57,557 nt of DNA. It comes from Halocafeteria seosinensis (Eukaryota). Where the stretch lies: the NCBI GenBank assembly GCA_001687465.1, contig LVLI01000342.1:1-57557 (forward strand). Direction: 5' to 3'. The notes beneath the pieces are model-generated. The model had not been told where the DNA came from. It saw nothing but the letters and a program-made list of their open reading frames with translations, and searched no databases. The translations under genes and the position numbers were made by a program. Shown here in pieces: positions 48,778-57,557 of this stretch (positions are counted from its first letter, which is position 1; every line of letters begins with the position of its first letter).

Positions 48778-51073
48778 ATGCTCCCCTTGTGGGTGGCAAG
48801 GAGGGCAGCTTTCTGCCCCCGGGGACTCATTCAAGCACGCGGAGGAGGGACTACTGGCACCCCTATGATGAGGAGGATGAGGATGCTTACTAGGCGCTGT
48901 GTGTCCGATTGGGGAGGTCGTGCCGCCGCTGAAGCCAAAGCTCACAACAGGAAGCGAATTCGGAAAATCGTCACGCGCGTGGTCCTTGGAACGCTGATTG
49001 GAGTACCCACATACAAAGTGGTCCATGCTAGTATACCACTGTTTCGGAAGGACGAGGAAGCCACGACGGACGGGGAAGAGGGGCGTACACGTCAGGAAGC
49101 CATCCCAACCGAAGTTCTACAAGCTGAGGAGACGACGTCGAAATTACTGTGGCTCTTGTCCACGGCGTCAGATCGATTAATACGGGATATTGTCACAGCG
49201 GGCCTTATCGTGTGGGTATGTAGTTACGGATACATGGGCGTCGTTAACTGTTTCCTACAAGGTGTATGGCCTTTGGTTGTACTCCAGGACTATTATAGAG
49301 CTCAGCGTAGAGGGGACCAAGACTGGTCAAAGACACATGAGCAAGGCGCCAAGCGATTATTGAAACTGTGCCAAGTAAGCGAAGAGAGTGATCGATGATT
49401 GTCTACCCCTAGGTATGAGCGACTGCACTCATATTGGTTTTCCTACAGGTAAATCGAGGCATCTATATCAAACTCGGTCAGCATATTGCTCAGCTAGATT
49501 ATATACTTCCGAGCGAATACGTAGAAACGATGAAAAAGATGCTCCGCGAGTGCCCTGAGACATCATGGGAGCAGGTTTGCCACGTGTTTGAACACGAGCT
49601 GGGAGCATCTCCGAATACGCTGTTTAGGGACATCGACAAGACACCGATCGCTTCAGCATCGCTAGCACAAGTCCACATCGCCACGGATTTTCAAGGAAAT
49701 AAGCTAGCCGTCAAAATTCAGGTAGGGTAGGCTTGTATGATTGTTGCTTTGCTAGGATGTCCACATACTGGTGTTTTGGCTTACCAGCATGAAGGGCTGT
49801 ATGAAATGTGCGAAGTTGACATTAAGACGATCAGTTTTCTCGTAGATATGGTTAGATGGATGTTTCCGAAATTTGAGTATACCGTAAGTTCCGTCTTATC
49901 CAAGTGTGTGGCCCCTCATTTGCTGGAATTACGCTGGACATTTTGGATTGAAATTCTTCCAGTGGCTAGTGAGGGAAATAGAGCATAACCTTCCCAGGGA
50001 GTTGAACTTCTTATTGGAAGCAGAAAATGCTGAACAGTGTCGCCGCAATTTCAAACATCGCAGCCAAATTGTCGTACGTTCGGCTTTAAATGTTTTCTTG
50101 GAAGGTCTCTCGAGTATGACGTGCTATTTATTGATTACTTTACACACACACACACACACACACAGGTTCCTGATATATACTGGATGTACAGTACGAAGAA
50201 AATTCTAACAATGTCTTACGAAACAGGTTGCTACATTGATAACAAAAATGGGATCGCCCAACAAGAGTTGGATCCCGCGGTTAGTTGCAGTCTCGTAGAC
50301 ACCTCGTTGATGTGCGGTTGTTAAAGTATTGCTCACTTGCAGGATGTTGCTAGTCTGGTTGCTGAGGTGTTTTGTGAACAGATGTTTATCCACGGATTCG
50401 TCCATGCTGATCCTCATGCGGGCAATATGCTTTGTCGCCGATTCGGTGATTCCTCTAAACCTGAAATTATTCTTTTGGACCACGGACTATACAGGCCCTT
50501 AGATGACGAATTCCGTGTCAGTTACTGCCACTTATGGAGAGCGTTGATTTTCGGGGATGAAGCTGGAATAGAAAAATATGCAAACAAATGTGGAGCGGGA
50601 GGAATGCACAGATTATTTGCATCTATGCTAACTACGAAGTAGGTAACACGTGCAATGCGTTAGTTTCGACATCCAAACATATTGAAGGGGCTAATGTCAT
50701 CTGCAGATCCTGGGATAAGGTTGTAGACAATTCATTTGACTCTTTAAAAGTGGAAGGCAATGAAAATGAAAAACGAGAAACGAAGCAATATGCCACTGAA
50801 TATTCGGATGAAATTCAGGAAATCTTGAGAACTGTGCCTCGAGAAATGTTGCTGCTTCTTAAAACAAATGATTGCCTTCGTGCTGTTGATCAGGCTTTGG
50901 GCGCTCCTGTGAACACTTTTACAATCATGGCTCGATATTGTGTTCGTGGAATTAACTCCCGTCGCCTTAGTAAAGAGGTATCAGTTAAGAATTACGCCAG
51001 GAACTTCAGGGATATGGTGAAGGTAGAGACGGCCGTCTTGCTTTACCAGCTTTATAGATGGTGGAATTCCTGA
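48778..51073 (+). CDS. ADCK1: AarF/ABC1 atypical kinase ADCK1-like, probably mitochondrial
   Basis: NRGIYIKLGQHI, PIASASLAQVH, AVKIQ, ELNFLLEAEN, FVHADPHAGN, ILLDHGLY, LLLKTNDCLR. Seven GT-AG introns. Confidence 0.92.
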
Positions 51074-51320
51074 TATACATGACCCTCACTGCAGTAAGCA
51101 AAGGAGGCCCACATTCCTGAATGCTTAACTGAGTTATAGAGGAAACGCTACACTATGTTATATTGTGCATGGTAACCCTCACATATCTCGCAGGAGCTTT
51201 TATTAATAAACTCTATGCTCTAACTTTAGTAAATCAGCCAGCCATTATCAAATGCAAGCCAGTTAAGCAGTTCTCCGTGCCGCCTTCATTATTCTCCATG
51301 CCACAGATTCCGAAGTCGGC

Positions 51321-52012
51321 TCAACCACCTGCTTGCCTTTTCAAGTGTTCGTAAAGCTGCCGTTTAACTTCTTCGCGGGGATGTGGCTTGTACATGCCTG
51401 CGCTTGTTTCTAAAGTGAGCATGGAGATGTCAGCCATGCTGTCCAAATATTTGAATAAATCTGATACATCATAGGTCAGGTCAGGAACCGAAGGGTTCAG
51501 TTGTTTCAGTCTTGCTTCATACATGCGCACCAGATCTGTCAACAATCGTAGTCGGAATCCATATGTTTCAAACAGTGTAAAGTCGTGCGGGCAACTGGGA
51601 CTTACCATCCATGGCTCTGGCCTTGGTCTGATAATCTCTAAATGTACGTGAGCTCTTAGCGTTTTCAGGCTGGATTAATATTATTGTATGTGTCCCAGCG
51701 CCTCCTCCTCCTGGAGCTGCAGCGCCTGCTCCACCGCCACCTCTTCCTCGACCGCGATTGCCGCCTCGGCCTCGTCCGCCACGTTGTGACTGCACATACA
51801 CACGACGAGAGAACCATAAAGTAGTGGGTATCTTGCGTTTCCCCTATCGCCCCCCTTGAAATCAATGACAAAAAAGGTCACCTCAGATAGATTTCTCTTC
51901 CGCCAGGCAATGCTCTCTCAAAACGCAGAGGGAAGCTCCATCGCTTTGATGACGGCATTCATGCACACACGGAGAAGGGAAAGGCAACACGTGGTGGCCG
52001 TATACATACCAT
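51321..52012 (-). CDS. ERH: Enhancer of rudimentary homolog with N-terminal RGG extension
   Basis: HTIILIQP..SSRTFRDY...MYEARLKQLNP..TYDVSDLFKYLDSMADIS...YKPH. Inferred ATG-only first coding exon (52010-52012) followed by gtatgt. Confidence 0.92.
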
Positions 52013-52445
52013 AGTAAGCTGGAAATCGAGAAATCTAGCGAGAAAACTGGGAGGAAAATAGACTTGTTTTGAATGATACAAGGACTATCCAGACCGATTT
52101 CGTTGTGCTTAAGTTCTGTGGCCAACCCTAACAGCATAGTACACCGGCTCCGGGTAACAATGCATTCCATTCTTCTTCCCGAAAGCGCAGATATGAGTGA
52201 GGGCTCCTGAAGCGCTGCTCATCCCCCCCCCCCCATGAGGTGACGAAAAGTTTGTCGTCTTCCTAACCGTGTGGTTACAGTGTTACACCCAAAGTTGAGC
52301 AACTAATCAACGTGGTACAAACGTAGTCGGTAACGGGAAAGTGTTAGTCAAAGATAGGGAAGCTCTTCCAGCCAGATATCCAGAATAAACGATTGGTATA
52401 TTGGGTTGAGACACGCGGTGTCGAGACGGCTCGGATTTCAAGTTG

Positions 52446-55400
52446 TTACCGCAAAGCAGCGGCGGGATCACCGACAGAGTTTCGACTGCTGTTCTGAGCC
52501 CCTGCAGTATGCTGCTGAACCTGTGCGGCTGCATCTGGTGGAGCTACATTGCCACTAGTAGAACCTGGCTTTTGCGGCGGACCAGACTTAGACTGCACGA
52601 GACCTCTATTCAACAGGGCTGCAGCTTCTCCATGATTACCTTGAACGAGAGACAAGTACGCACTCAATGCGCGCGCTAAAGACGATGTGGGTTTAGTGGA
52701 CAACGCTCTTCCTGCTACCTGAGTTGCCTCTTGAATCTTGCCTTCAAGAGTTAGGGCAATCGCAGCATTAGCATACAGAGAGCAGAGCGCCGTGGGACGG
52801 GAAACCTGTCGCTGCTCTCGGTCCACGTCAACCACCGTCAGAGAATCTTTGTTATCTACGGTAGAGATGGCCGCGTTCGCATTTTCCCCTTGGCTGGTTC
52901 CAATGCCGGCGAATAGATTCGGAGAGCTAACATGCTGAAGTGCCTCTCTCGGTGATCCCAAGTAGCACAGTGCTTCCGAAGCGTATACATGAGCCAAAGA
53001 ACGCCACGGATCACGCAAGAGTCCTTGAGTTCTGGATACTGGGTCAGCCTTCCGCGTATCTGCTTGTTTGGAACCTGAACAAGCATATATAGTATCAGCT
53101 AATGTCCACATTTGAGAGCAGTAATGCAAAGCCGCTACATGGTCCTGAAGACAAAGATGCACGTAAGCGAGTTTTGTCAGCACAGCCTGACGTAAGCGGA
53201 ATTGTGACCAAAGGACGGCGACACCAGCGTTCCGTGAACTATCCGGCCGTTGCTGTTGTTCAGTATTGGCGCCACTTGCTTGACTGTCATCCTCGGACTT
53301 GTTATCCACTAACAGAGACCTAGCAACGGAGGCTAGCGCTTTTGGTGGGGGCAGTAAGACAAGTGCGTTCAGTAAGCATCTAGCGGCGTATGCCAGAGTA
53401 AGGCTTGGACGCGCTAATAGTTCCTCATCGTTGTCCTCCGACTCAGAGCCTACGGGAGGAAGCGGATCTGCTTCATCATCTGAGCGCCGTGTTGACACCA
53501 TCAACCGCTGAGCAGTGCCGAATCCTGCTTTCCCAGTGACTGTACCCAATCCAGCCCAGCAGACCTCAGCATCTCCGTCTCCTACAGCATCATCCCGGCC
53601 ATCAGTATATCTATTCTCACTGACATACTCATCCCCACTCTTCCCCAGCACGGACTTCGCAACTTTCGGGGATGCCCATGCCGAACGCGATGTTGGATCA
53701 CGGCGAGAACACGGAGGTGGCATAGAATGAACAGTCCCGGTACCAGGGGACACTTTCATTTCGTGGGCCATAATGCAAGCTTCCGCCATCCTTAACCATA
53801 CTCTCGGTCGATGTCGATGAACCCGACAAGCCTGATAAAGTGCTTGCAAGGCACGTGCCGGCTGGCGAGATTGCAAATATGTCAGACCAGCATTTAACAT
53901 CAAATTCGCCATTGGAGATGGTCGGGGCGCTGCTGCCCCAAAGTCCCCGCTCAAGAACGATTCGTCCAAAGCTGCATAAGCTGCACTCGCATCAGCAGGC
54001 TTCGACTCTTTTTCTTCCTCTTTAGCCGTCTGGATGGCTCGCGCGAATAAGGAAATAGCCGATTCATATCGCTTCATTCGTGCGTGAAGACAAGCCATAT
54101 TGTTCAAATATTTACTTCTAGTCAGTCCACGCTCTGAATAATGTTTTGGTGTGGAGGAAGGAGTTGGTCCGATACGGTTAAGTATTTGCTGCAAATTCTC
54201 ATTAAGTGCGACACTCTCTGTACGACATTCGTCTAACAAATTAGCTGCCCGCTTATAATTCTTTCTCCATGCTTCCAGCGAGGCCTTTAGTACGAGCGAT
54301 GCGATCTTGTTCTCCGTCGCTGAGGCAGCACCTGGTTGGGAAAGCATAGACGAATCAAGCCTTGCCGCGGAGTAGTCATTGATCACGGAATCCATATCAG
54401 CATTAGGGTAGGCTTCGTTACTCGGTTTGAACTGCTTCTGGAAGGTCTCCATTATATCTTGAATGGAATTCTTCACTGTCTTTAGATGACCCGAGCGAGC
54501 AGCAAACCTAGCGTGATACACACGAAGCTTTAGAGCAAAGTTTGTTATCAATGCTCTGAGAAGCTCTTGGTTGCCCTTTTCTTCTTGCCCAGTACCGGAA
54601 GCTAAGGCTGCAGCACGGGCTGCATTTGAAAAAACATGGGGCTGATGTAGATAAGAGATAAGGGAATGAGCCTTCTGAAACACTGGGGTGTAATCCTGTA
54701 CAAAGATAAACAGACAAAAGCGGATTCAACAACATGGTCGAAGCAGACAGGTCAAGGGTAGGTCACGTACGTTGTCCTCGTTCGTACCACTTTCACATGT
54801 TCGAGCATACAACTCAAGAAGTAGGAATCCAGCGCGCATGGCAACCCATGCATGCACAAATTCGCCTTTGCGGAATAGAGATTCTAACAGTGCTGCGGCC
54901 GATGCAAACTGGCCCTGTTGGTACAATAAGACTGCACGGTTATATCCGACAGTTGAGCAGGTCCTTGGAAAGTAACTTGGTCTCTGCTGTAAGGAAGGAG
55001 CGTGGTTCGGCATAACACAGAGAGCTTCTGAACATGGTGAACGCAACTTCGACCTACATTGCTTCCGTCCGCATTTCCAGATTCTGCCGCAGAGTTTAAC
55101 GACTCTTGAAACAATTGGGTTAACTCGTGTAACAGACGATCGGAGTCTTTGGCTCCGTCTCGGGCATACTTCGCCAAAGCAGCATTGTGTCTATACTGAA
55201 ATCTAGTGGTACCATTCTGAGCATCCGAGCACCAATATTGCATATTGCATCAACGTCAATCGCAAGGCGGTGGGGCGACTGATGAACTTACCGAGCCGGC
55301 GACTTGCTGCTCGTACTCCTGGAGAAGACTGATAGAATCATCGAACCGTCCAGATCTGTGAAAAGCAATAACACGTCAAAAGAAATGGATAAATGGTCTC

Positions 55401-55874
55401 GAAATGTCCCATGAAATAGAAAAAGTGCTGCAACAGTTGATATCCTTACCTAAATGCATTCAAAGGTTCGTCCACTATGGGTGCTGTTTTCCATTGGGGT
55501 TGCTGTCGTTGTTGTTGCTGCTGTTGGCGTTGCTGATCACTCACTCCCCCTCCGGCACCAGTTGTATATGCCGTAGAATTGCCTTGGGAAGCATTCGTAG
55601 TTCGTGCAGGGTATTGCTGTGGCTGGGAATGTGGTTGTCCTTGCATTCCCGGAAGTTCTTGTCCTTCACGCATCATCTTCATCGTCTGCTCGTTGAGTGA
55701 CTCTTGGGCATGCTCTAAAGAGGGAGAGACCTGCTGGGAGGGCTCTCCAGAGGCTGTAGAGCCTTCAGAAGAGGACATAAACTGGTCTAAAGGGGCGACG
55801 GCAGCCGAGGCTGCGCCGCCTCCACCTCCTATAGAGGACGATGCGGCTGGGTTTTCTTGATTTTGCCTGCTCAT
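52446..55874 (-). CDS. CNOT10: CCR4-NOT complex subunit 10
   Basis: HNAALAKY, YNRAVLLYQQGQFASAAALLESLF, LNNMACLH, NAGLTYLQ..P..A, PRVWLRMAEACI, KLAYVHLCLQD, AHVYASEALCYLG. Confidence 0.9.
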
Positions 55875-56658
55875 ATTATAAGATACACCTATGCTTAAGC
55901 GTTCAGGATGTCAAATCTGAGGGTATAGGGCTTGTATCCAGAGGAAAATGGTATCAAATGTTTGTGAACCAAGACCCTTTTTGCAATTAATTATCCCCCG
56001 TGGGTTGCCTGCCCTGCCTAAAGACTCAGTCCACAGGCCGCGATAGAATTGTAACAGAGGAGTTACGAATATGAGTGATGGACGCTTTCGATTGCTTTGA
56101 GTGATGGAACAAGGGTATATTTAAAGGCAAAGCATTTGTCTTAGTTCCGGTATAAGCAACTACTAGAAAGGGTGGAAGTCGTTTTGGAATTCATTGTAGC
56201 CAGTTTAATTATAGACACAGGAAGTCGAAGTCCTTTGCTTGGACGATGAAAGGGTGTGTACAGCGTATAACAGCTACAACGGTATCAATGAATCGTTATC
56301 TGCATCTTCAGAGATTACCTGACGTCAGGTTTGGGTTTGGGCTTAAGTCCAAGCTCAAGCTTATTAGGAGGAAAACCAAGAGACGCTGAAGGATCTGATT
56401 TGTCCATCTCCTGTGTCGTGCTTTCCATCGATGGAGTGTTTGCGTCACATAGGTGCATGCCAGTTTTGAAGTTGTCAACATTGCTGAATGAGTTATATCC
56501 AGCACCAGGCACTCCAGGTACCCTGACGTGGTGGCTATGATCATTCCAGGAAGACATTCTAACTTACATGTGTCATGCCTAGTGTACCCGGGTATCATTT
56601 ATGACCAAAGAAATCGTAACGAGGGCAGTTCAGCTGGGCCTGAGAATGGCCAAAAGAA

Positions 56659-56698
56659 GGCAGTGGTAACCTCAGCATCGGGCAGTGGTAACCTCAGC
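56659..56698. repeat. 18-bp direct repeat
   Basis: ggcagtggtaacctcagc at 56659-56676 and 56681-56698. Confidence 0.9.
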
Positions 56699-57318
56699 TA
56701 AGTGCGCATCGTGTTCCAACTAACACTCGAGTACAGTGTATACCATGATCGTAACAAGGCAACGGGACACTGGATTAGAGTTGGCTGGACTCAGAGCCAT
56801 TCTTGCTAGGCAAGCTGGGTGTGTACCTAGGCATGTGTTGAATCAGCTTGGAGATGACGGAAGCATTTGCAAGGATCCGTAGGTGCTTGAGACCTTTATT
56901 GTTGGAGTTGAGCAGTTGCACCTTTTTGACGCTGACCAAGGTACTGTGTTTCACTCCCCTGCATATACCAGTCTTCCTTGATATGCGTGTAGCAGAATAG
57001 ATTCCTTCGAGTGACGTCAGTAGTTTCACCCTCCTCCACGAGAAGTCCGCTGGACGCTTTGTACGCCGCGGGTTATAACGTCTTGTAGACCGACCGAGTG
57101 GATACCCTTTCTATTCCCCTGCACCCGCGTCAACAGCATCCGACGGAACTCTTGGTCTAACCATTTAAAAGGAGAGACTTGATGGGTGCCGTGCTGACGT
57201 CACTTCTGTGCACCATAACGAGGGCACAACTCGCATATTCGGTTTACTCTGGAGTTAGGGAGCAATGAAGAGCAGGGAGAAGATTTAGGAGAGTTAGACA
57301 CGTGCACACCCTTCCTGT

Positions 57319-57408
57319 TTCCTCTGGCCCACGGTAGAGCAACGCCGGTAGCTTGCGAACACACACGCTTCCTCTGGCCCACGGTAAAGCAACGCCGGTA
57401 GCTTGCGA
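57319..57408. repeat. 40-bp direct repeat, period 50
   Basis: ttcctctggcccacggta(g/a)agcaacgccggtagcttgcga at 57319-57358 and 57369-57408, separated by acacacacgc. Confidence 0.95.
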
Positions 57409-57557
57409 GGAGAGCCTTGTGTACCGCACAACAGCACCACAAAACATGAAGATACATGTAGTGCTCGGGATATGTTGTATATCGAGTGGAAGAAGACTGG
57501 TACGGTGGCGACGGCGGGACTCCGACGGGAGGGTTCTGCTCCTTTCAGCCCCACAAG

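Noticed and set aside
57319..57408. CRISPR-like repeat-spacer-repeat
   Set aside because: Only two copies, and the 10-nt gap is a (CA)n-like part of a tandem duplication.

Overview
This is gene-dense eukaryotic DNA with short (mostly 55-90 nt) GT-AG introns. It probably comes from a flagellated protist, possibly a stramenopile (inferred from the axonemal genes CFAP73/CCDC42 and SPAG16 plus overall gene content). The left end (1-2.6 kb) is repeat-derived: a 45-46 bp tandem repeat, a poly(A) tract, and a LINE reverse-transcriptase fragment split by a second, 5'-truncated, RNase H-encoding element ending in (TG)n. That element's 3' tail recurs at 29.2 kb. The core holds about 18 protein genes, mostly on alternating strands: CCDC42/CFAP73-like, ankyrin protein, SF3A2, membralin, divergent PDH E2, a ~2,200-aa Pro-rich/WH2-like/3x-repeat/C2-like protein, transketolase, a small disordered protein with an RRGAI motif, NTE/PNPLA6-7, ALG13, OTU1, SPAG16, VPS26C, a coiled-coil protein, a TPR-U-box protein, PDCD2, ADCK1, ERH and CNOT10. 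It also has an intron-containing tRNA-Met and two pseudogenes (PLU-1-like and U-box). Best leads: the giant protein with a thrice-repeated unrecognised domain, the nested RNase H retroelement family, an antisense ORF filling an anomalously long intron, and the PKA-pseudosubstrate-like small protein. All gene models were read by eye and no database searches were run.
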